From Coleofasciculus chthonoplastes F2-STO-03 (lineage in GTDB: Bacteria > Cyanobacteriota > Cyanobacteriia > Cyanobacteriales > Coleofasciculaceae): a stretch of DNA of 64,000 nt. This document shows, piece after piece, positions 49,159 through 59,483 of the stretch; the first letter of the stretch is position 1, and every line of letters begins with the position of its first letter. A model generated the notes under the pieces. That model was given only the letters and a program-made list of their open reading frames with translations, did not search any database and was not told the DNA's origin. The DNA lies in assembly GCA_040222015.1 (NCBI GenBank), contig JAVJWO010000159.1, positions 1-64,000 of the forward strand. The letters are read 5' to 3'. Made by a program: the position numbers and the translations under genes.

Positions 49159-51219
49159 ATGAACCAAAACGCCGTAACCGCCACCCGTAATGTGGCAATT
49201 GTTGGTCCCTATTTGAGTGGTAAAACCAGCCTGTTAGAAAGTTTGTTGTTCGTTACCGGGGCGACATCTCGGAAAGGGAACATCAAAGATGGAAATACCG
49301 TAGGCGATGCCATAGCCGAGGCTCGCGATCGCACGATGACGGTGGAGATTAATGTCGCCAGTACCGAATACCAGGGGATTCGCTTCAACTGGATTGACTG
49401 TCCGGGTTCGATTGAGTTTGCTAAAGAAACCTATAATGCTCTGATGGGCGTCGATGCGGCTGTTGTCGTCTGCGAACCCACGAGCGATCGCGTGCTGATG
49501 CTCGCCCCCTTATTCAAGTTTCTGGATGACTGGAAAATCCCTCACCTCGTCTTTGTCAACAAAATCGATCAACTTTCCTGTGACGGGGGAGCCTGCGGTC
49601 AATCCTATCGCCAGATTTTAGACGCCTTGAAAGGGGTATCCTCCCGCCCCATTGTTCCTCATCAGTACCCGATTGGCAAAGCAGAACAGCTAATCGGGTT
49701 TATTGATTTAGTCACTGAACAAGCGTTTCATTATCATACAGGCGCTCCGGCTGACCCTGTACCCCTGCCCGACTCCCTCAAAGACGCCGAACATGCCGCA
49801 CGGGAAGAAATGCTGGAAGCCTTGGCAGATTTTGATGACCACTTACTTGAAGAACTCCTAGAGGAAATTGAACCGCCCCAAGAGGAAATTGTCAAGGACC
49901 TAAAAATGGAATTGGGGGCGGATTTAATTGTGCCTGTATTTATCGGTGTCGCCGAACAAGATTATGGGGTGCGCCACCTGATTGATGCCCTATTACGGGA
50001 AGCCCCCGCCCCAGAAGCCACGGCGGAACGTCGGGGGTTAACGGGTAAAGGTGGCGCAACCGTGGCACAGGTGCTGAAAACCTATTACACTCCCCAAGGG
50101 GGCAAACTTTCATTGGCACGAGTTTGGACAGGTCAACTCACTGATGGTTCAGTTCTCAATGGAATTCGGGCTGGTGGATTATACCATATCTTTGGTCAGC
50201 AACAGCAGTCTACCCCAGAAGCAAAGGCAGGTGATATTGTTGCGATCGGACGATTAGAGGGGATTCACACCGGTGACACTCTGAGTACAGAGGAGAAGGG
50301 AGCAAAAGAATTACCCAAAGCCCCAGCAATGAAACCCGTCTATGGCTTAGCGATTACCGCCGAACAGCGCAAAGATGAAGTTAAGCTCAGTGGGGCGCTG
50401 ACGAAGCTTTTAGAAGAAGATCCATCATTGTCCTGGGAGCAACATGAGGATACCCATGAAATTATCCTCTGGGGACAAGGTGAAATACACCTAAAAGTGG
50501 CGTTAGACCGATTGCGGCGCAAATATAATTTGCCGATGGATACTCACCTTCCCCGGATTCCTTACAAAGAAACGATTCGTAAATCTACGTCCTCTCACGG
50601 GCGCTATAAGCACCAAAGTGGCGGTCATGGGCAATTTGGGGATGTGTACCTGGATATTAAGCCCATGGAGCGCGGTGAAGGCTTTAGCTTCTCGGAAACG
50701 ATTGTCGGTGGTGTTGTCCCGAAACAGTATATTCCGGGCGTTGAGACGGGGGTGCGGGAGTATTTGCCCCAAGGTCCTTTAGGCTTCCCTGTCGTCGATG
50801 TAGAAGTCACCTTAACCAATGGGTCTTATCATTCCGTCGATAGTTCGGAACAGGCGTTTAAACAAGCCGCACGAGTGGCTATGACGGAAGGAATGCTCAA
50901 GTGTAATCCGGTTTTATTGGAACCGATTATGACAATTCAGGTGTCAGCGCCAACGGAATTTACCTCGAAAGTGCTGCAACTGATATCCGGACGTCGGGGA
51001 CAAATTCTCAACTATGAACCCGTTTCGGGTTGGAACGGATGGGATCGAGTGTCTGGGTATTTGCCTCAGGCGGAAATGCATGACTTTATCATAGAGTTGC
51101 GATCGCTCACCTTAGGGATTGGCTTCTTTAACTGGGAGTATGACCATCTCCAGGAAGTTCCGGGTAAGTTGGCTGATCATGTCCTGGCGACTACGGGGAA
51201 TGGGAATGGCAACGGATAA
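49159..51219 (+). CDS. fusA: Elongation factor G-like paralog (EF-G2 type; ORF extends to 49075)
   Basis: RNVAIVG, variant G1 GPYLSGKTS, DCPG, NKID, GEIHL, HQSGGHGQFG, GSYHSVDSSE, LLEPI. Confidence 0.88.
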   Translation: MNQNAVTATRNVAIVGPYLSGKTSLLESLLFVTGATSRKGNIKDGNTVGDAIAEARDRTMTVEINVASTEYQGIRFNWIDCPGSIEFAKETYNALMGVDAAVVVCEPTSDRVLMLAPLFKFLDDWKIPHLVFVNKIDQLSCDGGACGQSYRQILDALKGVSSRPIVPHQYPIGKAEQLIGFIDLVTEQAFHYHTGAPADPVPLPDSLKDAEHAAREEMLEALADFDDHLLEELLEEIEPPQEEIVKDLKMELGADLIVPVFIGVAEQDYGVRHLIDALLREAPAPEATAERRGLTGKGGATVAQVLKTYYTPQGGKLSLARVWTGQLTDGSVLNGIRAGGLYHIFGQQQQSTPEAKAGDIVAIGRLEGIHTGDTLSTEEKGAKELPKAPAMKPVYGLAITAEQRKDEVKLSGALTKLLEEDPSLSWEQHEDTHEIILWGQGEIHLKVALDRLRRKYNLPMDTHLPRIPYKETIRKSTSSHGRYKHQSGGHGQFGDVYLDIKPMERGEGFSFSETIVGGVVPKQYIPGVETGVREYLPQGPLGFPVVDVEVTLTNGSYHSVDSSEQAFKQAARVAMTEGMLKCNPVLLEPIMTIQVSAPTEFTSKVLQLISGRRGQILNYEPVSGWNGWDRVSGYLPQAEMHDFIIELRSLTLGIGFFNWEYDHLQEVPGKLADHVLATTGNGNGNG

Positions 51220-51329
51220 ACCCTGAGTTTAAGCTAGGTTTGTAGTTGCGCTCTCTTCGCCATCAGCACTTGAGCGCTGACTACAAACAATTTTAATTTT
51301 TGTAACAAAAATAGGTCTTCTGCGTAGAA

Positions 51330-51369
51330 TTGAACGCACCCCACTCAAATCGAAGATTCTGAGTGGGGA
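51330..51369 (-). mobile_element. IS200/IS605-type right end: subterminal hairpin followed by TCAA
   Basis: Minus strand CCCCACTCA-GAATCTTCGATT-TGAGTGGGG-TGCGT-TCAA directly after the tnpB stop. Confidence 0.7.
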
Positions 51370-51377
51370 TTCTTATG

Positions 51378-52790
51378 CTAGGCTTTACTCAGCTCCCAAA
51401 GAGTACTGAGCGTCACTGGCGTTCGCAGCGTGTGGGAGGAACTTTTGCCTACCCACACCCGAGTAAATTTACTATTTGTTAATATGGCGTACCAATACCG
51501 TGCGCCGATGTTGTAGGAAGCGGATAAGTCAGCGTTGTACCGCTTCCCATTCTGAAATATTGCTATTGAATACTTCTTGTTACTCCGCTTAATTTTGCCA
51601 CTGCCATCAAAGGCATAGGCACTGGTGTATTTGGCGTTAACCTTGCTGACTTTCCCTCCTAACTCGGAAAATTTTTGGATGGTTAACTCAACCAACTTGT
51701 CCTTGCACCATTGATGAAATCTCTGTTTCTGCAAAGAACCGTGCTTTCCACCTTTGGCTTTCCAGTTAGACAAGTCCTCAAACACAATCACATTGACATT
51801 ATGTTTTTGGGCAAACTCAACAATCTGGCTTGAAACGGTTTGAGCAATATGCTTGTTGATGTTTTTGGACTTTCGATACAAGCCTTGGCAGAATCCTTTG
51901 GGTAAGTCTTGGTTGGTGATTTTTCGAGTTAGTTTTGACTTATTAGCAATGCGCTGCTTTCTCTGGTCACGACGGTCTATGTCTCTGGCCGGGTTAATAA
52001 ACGCCCTTGCCTTTACAGTACCGTATGAGCCCACTATTGAGCAGGTTGCCGTTGTGTTTATGCCAATATCAATTGCACAAACATAATCCGAATTCGGTAA
52101 GGGTTGAGGATTTATCTCAACGGGCATGGAAAGATGTACACTGCGCTTGTTAGCAATGAAAGATGGAGACAGCAACTTCGCTCCCTCTCTAATATGCCTA
52201 CTCTTTCCATGCTTCCGAACTGGAATGTTTTCCATCCACACCCAATCCTTACCATTCCATATTTTTAGCTCAACAGAAGCGAAGTTGGAATGGTATTTAA
52301 CTTGCTGACCTTTATACAGCGCTGGATAGCTGTTGCACATTGAAGTCAACTTGGGGGAGTTGTCGTACCGATGTTTTCTTTCTCCCCTTTTCCAAGCATC
52401 CCAACGAGTAACAAAGCTGCTAACAATGCCCAAGGCATCTTGAATAGCCGCTCGTCTTAGATAGCTGGGAAACTTCCGAAATGAGGGATGATTACTGATA
52501 GCTTTCTGGAAGTACCAATAGTATTTTGGACTAGGATTATCTGCTGTTTTATGAATCAGCTTTTCTAGAGTATTAACTCTTTCATTGCTGGTTAATTGAG
52601 ACAGCCTAGCCCAATTCCAGTAGCTAATTAGTCCTAACGGCTTCAGAAAATGTCGATATTCAGCTACGGTAAGAAGTGCTAATTGGCGTTGCTCTTGCGT
52701 CACTACCAGTTGCCAGACATCGGTTCTGATGTTTGGCTCCTTGTCAGCTTTCTTGCGCTTACTTTGCTTCTTAGTTTTATTCTTTACCAT
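51378..52790 (-). mobile_element. tnpB: TnpB RNA-guided endonuclease (IS200/IS605 family), no adjacent tnpA seen
   Basis: RuvC I AIDIG, RuvC II VFEDL, RuvC III NADLSASYNIG; FRKFPSYLRRAAI. Confidence 0.88.
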
Positions 52791-52818
52791 AGCCTCGACC
52801 TCAGCTCGGATAAATATT

Positions 52819-52847
52819 ATGCTACTTTAATCTAATTCAGGTGTCAA
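52819..52847 (-). promoter_or_regulatory. Sigma-70 type promoter for tnpB (TTGACA-N17-TAGCAT)
   Basis: Perfect -35, 17-bp spacer, -10 about 30 bp upstream of the ATG. Confidence 0.55.
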
Positions 52848-53133
52848 CTCAGTTATGTATTTAGTTGTCTGACCACAGCAAGGCTTAAAACTCGCTCCAA
52901 TTCAGCATTTTGACTAATCTATCATCAAGTCCAAGTGACCAAGTTCACAACACAAATAGAACCCTTGTCGGCACTCTCTGCAACTTTGGATAAACTCCCA
53001 AAGTCTGTGAAAAATCAGGAAAAGCCAGACTAAGGATGCTTCGCTTCATTTTAGCTGTTTCGCTAACTGGGGACTGCGCTCAACTATTTCGTTCAATTGC
53101 CGGAAACGCTCCAAGCTGCTGTACAGCGTCCCT

Positions 53134-53313
53134 ATGTCTGATACACAAAAATGGTATATTGTCAAGCAAAAAAATGGACAATGCGAAATTGTTCCCAGCA
53201 CTCAACTCGAAGGTGAGGAAGAATCAGAACGCTGGGGACCTTTTGCCTCTCCACAAGACGCGATCGCACGCCGAGTTGGACTAATTCTGGCGGGAAAATG
53301 TCAACCTGCCTAA
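53134..53313 (+). CDS. 59-aa small hypothetical protein
   Basis: Not in ORF track. MSDTQKWYIVKQKNGQCEIVPSTQLEGEEESERWGPFASPQDAIARRVGLILAGKCQPA*; I recognise WGPF...AIARRVGLI.AGKC as a conserved cyanobacterial motif (not database-checked). Confidence 0.7.
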   Translation: MSDTQKWYIVKQKNGQCEIVPSTQLEGEEESERWGPFASPQDAIARRVGLILAGKCQPA

Positions 53314-53491
53314 AACACTGATTTCACGGATTAGAGAGAGATTACGGTGGAGGTGGAGGATTTTGATGGCACTGATTACACTGAGAGGTTAGTCGTCAAT
53401 GGGTAGAGGATGATCAGATTGACATGGCTTTCGTCCTCGCCAGATGTGTCATGGCAAGTCTGGAACATACATCGTCTACATCCCCTACTAC

Positions 53492-54790
53492 CTATCTAGC
53501 CTGAACCGATGCTCCATTATTGGGTTGCTCGGCAATTGCCTGATTGAGAACATCTAGAGCTTTTACATATTGGGGATCGTCTGGCGTACCAATTTTAGTC
53601 CGATCCTTCTGTAATTCCTTGCGCTGTTCCTCAGTCAGTTCTATGACAATATCCGGCGGAATCCCTTCCTTATTGATATCACGACCACTGGGCGTCAGAT
53701 ACTTAGCAATAGTCACCGCTAAACCAGAACCATCTCCGAGTCCGCGTACCGATTGTACCAAGCCTTTGCCAAAGGTCTGAGTTCCGACTAAAGTGGCTCG
53801 TTCGTTATCTTGTAAGGCACCCGACAGAATTTCACTCGCACTAGCTGAACCGCCATCGACTAGGACAACTAACGGTTTATCGGTCAAGGCTCGATTTCTA
53901 GCAATCTCTTCATGGGCCTTGGAAATACCATCACGATTCACGGTGGATACAATCTTCCCTTTATCGAGCCACATGCGGGCAATCTCAATACTGGAGTAGA
54001 GTAATCCACCAGGGTTAGAGCGCAAATCTAGGATGTAGCCATTAACATCCTTTGTCTCTAACTCCTTAATCGCCTCTCGCATTTCCTGTGCCGCGATCGC
54101 GCTAAACTGATTCAAGCGAATATAACCAATCTCACCCGTGGGTGTACTCCGATAACTGTAGCGTACTGGATGAATTTCAATCCGCGCCCGTGTGATTGTA
54201 TAGTCGATTTCCTCCTCGTCGCGTTGAATGGTAAGGATCACATCAGTACCCGGTTTCCCGCGAATCAGTTGTACGGCGTCATTAACATCCATGCCTTCGG
54301 TACTCTGACCGTCAATCTTGACGATTAGATCCTTTGCTAGGATACCAGCCTTAAACGCTGGTGTATCCTCAATTGGCGAAATCACCACCAACTTTTTCGT
54401 GTCCTCATCTTGGGCGATTTGAATCCCCACACCCGTTAATTCCCCAGAGGTATCAATTTGCATGTTTTTGAACTCTTCGGGGTCCATGAATCGGGTATAG
54501 GGATCGTCCAGCGTCTTGAGCATTTCCCGAATGGCTTCGTAAGCTTCTTCCTTGTCAGAATACTCACGGTTTAAATACTCATTGCGGACGGATCGCCAAT
54601 CCACCTGGTTGAAGGTAGCATCTACGTATTGGCGATCGATAATTTGCCAGACTTCATCGACTAGCTCTTTGGGGCTTTCCTGGAAGAAAGCCTGACTTTG
54701 AGATAAATGCAGACCAGCCCCTGTAACTGCAACCGTTGTTAAGACTACTGCGGTCGCCCCGACCACGAGGCTACGTTTTGTAATTACCAT
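53492..54790 (-). CDS. Carboxyl-terminal processing protease (S41A, CtpA/B/C family)
   Basis: LDDPYTRF, GVGIQ PDZ domain, LDLRSNPGG, SASASEILSGAL, TFGKGLVQ. Confidence 0.93.
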   Translation of the reverse strand: MVITKRSLVVGATAVVLTTVAVTGAGLHLSQSQAFFQESPKELVDEVWQIIDRQYVDATFNQVDWRSVRNEYLNREYSDKEEAYEAIREMLKTLDDPYTRFMDPEEFKNMQIDTSGELTGVGIQIAQDEDTKKLVVISPIEDTPAFKAGILAKDLIVKIDGQSTEGMDVNDAVQLIRGKPGTDVILTIQRDEEEIDYTITRARIEIHPVRYSYRSTPTGEIGYIRLNQFSAIAAQEMREAIKELETKDVNGYILDLRSNPGGLLYSSIEIARMWLDKGKIVSTVNRDGISKAHEEIARNRALTDKPLVVLVDGGSASASEILSGALQDNERATLVGTQTFGKGLVQSVRGLGDGSGLAVTIAKYLTPSGRDINKEGIPPDIVIELTEEQRKELQKDRTKIGTPDDPQYVKALDVLNQAIAEQPNNGASVQAR

Positions 54791-55354
54791 AATCCTTTCA
54801 CAAGCTGGAGGAAAACGACTGCAAAGGAATTACGCTCACTCTAACACAGGCTATGCCAGCACGCTCCTGTTGCACATCTTTGTTATCCATCCTAACTTGC
54901 TTGCCGTCCGGATGTAATGGCTGTTGAGTTTTAAATCGGGATAGGTAAAGGGTAATGGGGCGGTATTTGCCCTAATCCAATCCCTACAGTGTATATCTAT
55001 CAGGGTTTCCAGGCATTCAATCGGTCACTGCTCCCTTCCCGCCACCAAACAAATTCAGTAGACCGAAAACTTTGCGGTTGAGATCGCCGGGGAGCAGAGG
55101 AACCGGGGAGCAGAGGAGCAAGGAAAAATTTCACCTGATTTTTCGTATTCTGGGATACATTTTTGAGGTTAAATTTTTTCAGACTCGAATGGCGATTCAT
55201 CGGTTCGGACTTCGGCGTGAGCGCGGCTCGACTGAACTTCGACAGGCTCAGTTGCCGCGCTCGCCGAACGTCTCAGTCGAACGCTGACGCTCACCGGAAG
55301 ACTCACGGTAAGGCTTCTCACCGCACTAGCTAACTGTACAAGGGACTGATTCAA

Positions 55355-56134
55355 TCAACGAAACAACTGGGGATAAATCTGTCGCCAAGCCAACCCAGAA
55401 AAAAGACCCATTCCCAAGAATAGCCCGATTAACTGCAAAAACCAGAAATTGGGTAATCCGAGGGGCCAGCGCAAGAGGTCAACCAGAGCCGCAAGGGGCA
55501 ATAGATTGGCAATAGTCCCCAATATAGGCGGTAACGTTTCACGGGGGAAGTACGTCCCACAGAAGGTAAACATAGGGACGATGAATAAGAAAAGTGGCAC
55601 GTTAATTTGGTCAATCGTTCGCATGATTCCCGCCGTAAACAGTCCCATAACGCCAAATAGCATACTGCCCAAAATAATCAGGGGCAATGATATCAGTAAA
55701 TGCCAGCCTGAGTAGAGTCCCCACGCCACAGCCACTAACCCCGTTAAGCTGCCCGCGATGGTTCCTTTAGTCGTTGCCCATAGCCAGTCTCCCAAAAACA
55801 CTTCCGTGAAGCTTAACGGTGCTGTGAGTAAAGCTTGCCAGGTTTTTTGGAATTTGAGGCGAATAAAACTGCCAAAAGCGCCCTCGAAAAAGGATTGGAA
55901 GAGTACGCCAATAGCTATCATACCGGGAGCAATAAATTTTAAGTAGGGAACCGTTTCACCGTTGTAGGTAACATCACCGACTAACGGGCTAAGCCCATAG
56001 CCAAAAGCGACAAGATAAATGATCGGTTCAGAAAGCGGAGGTAAGCTATTTACTAACCAGGTTTTCTGATAAACCCTAGCATGACGATGCCAGACTGAGT
56101 AAACTCCCCAAGGGGTAACAGAAATGCCTTTCAT
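55355..56134 (-). CDS. ABC-2 type exporter permease (NodJ-like; ORF extends to 56152)
   Basis: EPIIYLVAFGYGL, YLKFIAPG, FCGTYFP; multiple TM segments. Confidence 0.85.
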   Translation of the reverse strand: MKGISVTPWGVYSVWHRHARVYQKTWLVNSLPPLSEPIIYLVAFGYGLSPLVGDVTYNGETVPYLKFIAPGMIAIGVLFQSFFEGAFGSFIRLKFQKTWQALLTAPLSFTEVFLGDWLWATTKGTIAGSLTGLVAVAWGLYSGWHLLISLPLIILGSMLFGVMGLFTAGIMRTIDQINVPLFLFIVPMFTFCGTYFPRETLPPILGTIANLLPLAALVDLLRWPLGLPNFWFLQLIGLFLGMGLFSGLAWRQIYPQLFR

Positions 56135-56313
56135 TTTTATTTGCGATTTCAAAGATTTTGTTTTGAATGAATCCTTTGTGGCAGATCCCTTAGTTAACAG
56201 ATGACTGTAGGGGCGGGTTTAACTCCAATCGTTTTTTGCTACCCAGATGCCAATAAACCCGCCCAGACGAAATGGGATAATTCTTTGACAAATGACGAAT
56301 GACAAATGAAAAA

Positions 56314-57258
56314 TTATTCAAGTGATGTACCTGTCAGATGCAAAAATACATCGTCTAAATTGGTATGGCGACGGGTTAAGCTAAAAGGATTGGTAGCATC
56401 CAGACATTCCCAAAGAGGGTGGGGGTTGTCTGCTGGTAAGCCAATCAGGTAACCATTGCCAAAAGAGCGATACCAGGTTTGATACTGATGGGCGAGTTGT
56501 TGGAGGATTTCTGCGGAAATGCCCTCAATTTCTACCACCTCTGTGCCAACAGTACGCTCAATCAATTCCTCAGGAGTGCCTTGGTCAATCATTTTACCCT
56601 GTTGGAGTAAAATTAGGCGATCGCACAATCGTTGCGCTTCATCCATATAGTGGGTTGTCAATAGCACCCCACATCCCTTTTGCTTAAGCTGACTGACTAA
56701 CTTCCAAAAATCTTGCCGCGCATGGGGATCAAGTCCAGTTGTTGGTTCATCCAGAAATACCACTTGCGGCTGATTAATCAACGCCCGTGCCAACACCAGA
56801 CGCCGCTTCATGCCACCAGACAGTTCATCCACCCGATGTTTAGCATAATCTTGCAACCCCACTTGTGCCAATAACTCCCCTGCCCGTTTTCGAGCCGCTT
56901 TGCCGACAATCCGGTAGTGATGGGCAAAGAAAATCAAATTATCGAAGACACTAAAATCGGGGTCAAGATTATCGTCTTGAGTAACAATTCCCATCGAGTA
57001 ACGCGCCAAACGTCCTTGAGATTGGATTTGATACTGTCCAAGTTGAACAAAACCCCGACTGGGAATTACTGCACCATAAAGCATTCCTACTGTAGTAGTT
57101 TTCCCAGCACCATTCGGACCAAGCAGACCCAAAATTTCTCCAGAATTTATGGTAAAGTTAACACCTTGAACAACATGGTTTGAACCATAAGATTTCCACA
57201 AGTCATAAGCCGTGAGTACCACGGACTGGGTTTGAGGTTGAGCCGTTGTCAGAGTCAT
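56314..57258 (-). CDS. ABC exporter ATP-binding protein (NodI-like)
   Basis: GPNGAGKTT, LSGGMKRRL, LDEPTTGLD, TTHYMDEA. Confidence 0.9.
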   Translation of the reverse strand: MTLTTAQPQTQSVVLTAYDLWKSYGSNHVVQGVNFTINSGEILGLLGPNGAGKTTTVGMLYGAVIPSRGFVQLGQYQIQSQGRLARYSMGIVTQDDNLDPDFSVFDNLIFFAHHYRIVGKAARKRAGELLAQVGLQDYAKHRVDELSGGMKRRLVLARALINQPQVVFLDEPTTGLDPHARQDFWKLVSQLKQKGCGVLLTTHYMDEAQRLCDRLILLQQGKMIDQGTPEELIERTVGTEVVEIEGISAEILQQLAHQYQTWYRSFGNGYLIGLPADNPHPLWECLDATNPFSLTRRHTNLDDVFLHLTGTSLE

Positions 57259-57342
57259 AAATAATGGTAATTACACCGCCGATTGTTTACTTTGCCGCCA
57301 ATAAATTACAGTTAAGTTAAATAGTCCAAGAGTCAGCTTACT

Positions 57343-57501
57343 TCAACAGACTGGACAAAATTTTTTTTCGGGGAGTGGTGTGGGAGAGATAATAGTAAAA
57401 CCCGCCCCTACACACGTACTACACCCGACTAGCGAAGCGAAGAGTGCGATCGCGTCTAAGTCGGTTTCCCCACGGTAGGGACGCCGGATAATACTACTCA
57501 T
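57343..57501 (-). pseudogene. Truncated second GNAT paralog (first ~21 codons), then repeat-derived sequence
   Basis: MSSIIRRPYRGETDLDAIALF matches MTTLTMRPHRGKADLDAIALF of the upstream gene; ATGA overlap. Confidence 0.65.
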
Positions 57502-58445
57502 CCTGCCATATCCTTAACATAAGCGATTTGAGTGTGTGTTGTCTGGAAACCCACAGACTCGTATAACCGCCGCGCCCCCGAAGGGTTTTCAGCATCCACA
57601 TACAGCATGGCGGTTTCCATACCTTCTACCTTTAACTGCTGCATCACGGCTTGTAACATACTGCGTGCTACACCCTGCTTGCGGTAACCGCGTCGCGTAC
57701 CCACCGGATTAATCCAGCCCTGATTCCCATCTTTGGGGATGTAACAGTCGCAAAATCCCGCCCAAGTACCATCAGGCGCGATCGCAACCACAGACAAGTC
57801 TGGTCGAAATTCGGGATTTTTCAGCTTATGGTTAAAGGCGTCAACGGTTTCTGGGTGATAATTCCAGTGATCGATAAACGTATCGTTGAACAGTTCCACC
57901 CACGTTTGAGCATCCGGTTCACCTTGAATCGGGCGCAAGGTAAAACCATCAGGTAACTGGGGTTCTGGAATCGGTTCAGACAGTGAACGCACCATGGTAA
58001 GAAAATAGCGCTCAATCCGGAAACCACAGTTTTCCAGGAAAGTAATGCGTTTTGCTTGTTCAGCGCCAGCACCAGCCAGCAGTTTTACCGCCAGACAACG
58101 TTCTTGACGCACTTCCTGCATTCGTGATTCTGCCCAAGGGATAATGTCACTGTAGAGAATATCAAGGGGTTCTGTGGGATGAACACGAAACCAGAGAAAA
58201 CCATCAACTGTTTCCCCAACTGTGGGAATCATTAACCCCGCCAAGACAATTAATTGACCCTCTGCATCTTCCCACAAGCAAATATCCCGTTGCTGATCCA
58301 CTGAGGGTGCATCAAATTGCATTAATATATCGGACACTGAGGGGTACTCGTTAGGCAAATCAACCGCTTCACAGGTTTTTAGGAAGAGTGCGATCGCATC
58401 TAAGTCGGCTTTACCCCGATGAGGGCGCATGGTTAGAGTTGTCAT
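57498..58445 (-). CDS. GNAT family N-acetyltransferase (ORF extends to 58484)
   Basis: VGTRRGYRKQGVA acetyl-CoA motif; N..ARRLYESVGF. Confidence 0.88.
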   Translation of the reverse strand: MTTLTMRPHRGKADLDAIALFLKTCEAVDLPNEYPSVSDILMQFDAPSVDQQRDICLWEDAEGQLIVLAGLMIPTVGETVDGFLWFRVHPTEPLDILYSDIIPWAESRMQEVRQERCLAVKLLAGAGAEQAKRITFLENCGFRIERYFLTMVRSLSEPIPEPQLPDGFTLRPIQGEPDAQTWVELFNDTFIDHWNYHPETVDAFNHKLKNPEFRPDLSVVAIAPDGTWAGFCDCYIPKDGNQGWINPVGTRRGYRKQGVARSMLQAVMQQLKVEGMETAMLYVDAENPSGARRLYESVGFQTTHTQIAYVKDMAG

Positions 58446-59056
58446 AGAATTAAGCAGATAGGTCAGTTGCTGCAATTTAAGCAACTCAATCAGTAATTGA
58501 CTACAGGTATACTACAAGTTGGGGCAGAAATAGCACTTCATCCTGTCGATTCACCCAACCGGGTGAACTCGTCGCTCAATCTGAAGAGGTGTCTGTCCCT
58601 CAATAAATGGACGACTGAAACTTTTACGTTAAGGATTCATTAACTTTTGAGGATGTAGAATAGTAATGTTCTGCTTACGATTCTGGATGTAGAATAGGCT
58701 GTACTAATTGACCGATCCTAGAAATTGATAAATGCTATAGTAAAACCATGAATATTGAAGCCAAATAACCCAAAAATATGGGTAGCATTTTAGCGGCAAG
58801 CAGCAAAATTGCTGAAGCGCTTACGTTGTTTTCAGAAGGAATTGATGATTAAGCTGTTCGGCATTCAAACCTTAATGTAAACAATGACGAAATCCTTGTA
58901 GTGCGTTAAGCGAAGCCATGCCGCAGGCTTTGCATCTTGCTCGCTACTAATACGCAATTTAAATGCATGACAGCTTACTGGGAATTCATTTCTTTGGAAT
59001 CCAAAAAATCCATTAAAATTTTAGCCAAGGAAATGATTTTTTTGCCGACAATGTAA

Positions 59057-59269
59057 GAAGCGGCTGAATTATGGGCTTTTGCCCGCAATAATTCCTATGT
59101 AGCCTACGATGCAGACTTAATCATAGCTGCTCAAGCCGTCGTTATTAAGAGCATCGGAATAGACGTAATTATTGCCACAACGGATATCGAAGACTTTAAC
59201 CGATTACTCAAACAGCATCACATTGAAGCTAGACGCTGGAGAGACATTAAACCTTGGCTAAACAGTTGA
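59057..59269 (+). pseudogene. C-terminal remnant of a PIN-domain (VapC-like) protein
   Basis: EAAELWAFAR...DADLIIAAQA...VIIATTDIEDF...W.DI; in-frame stop immediately upstream. Confidence 0.6.
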
Positions 59270-59483
59270 CAACTTAAAGTTCTACCTAAAGATAGAGGTA
59301 GATTTGAACCATTAGCCTTGTATTTGTAGGGACACCATCCTTGCGCCCAAAAAGCTGACATGAAACTGTAAAACTTCTTTACAAACTGCCGGAGATTACA
59401 AAAATTGACTTAAGTTAAAGCCTTATCTGCCAAAAATTTCCTAGAGTAGGGATAGAGAAACTGAATATAGGAAAAAGTAACTC

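Noticed and set aside
51378..52790. Cas12f/type V effector call
   Set aside because: No CRISPR array or cas genes nearby; an IS-type right end follows the stop codon
53036..53284. 82-aa ORF in the track
   Set aside because: The overlapping 59-aa frame 53134..53313 has the recognisable motif and is preferred
55000..55354. Three short overlapping ORFs
   Set aside because: They span a nested palindromic repeat region (about 55200-55285) and have no coding signature
59368..59384. NtcA box upstream of hcp
   Set aside because: Spacing is GTA-N9-TAC rather than the canonical N8
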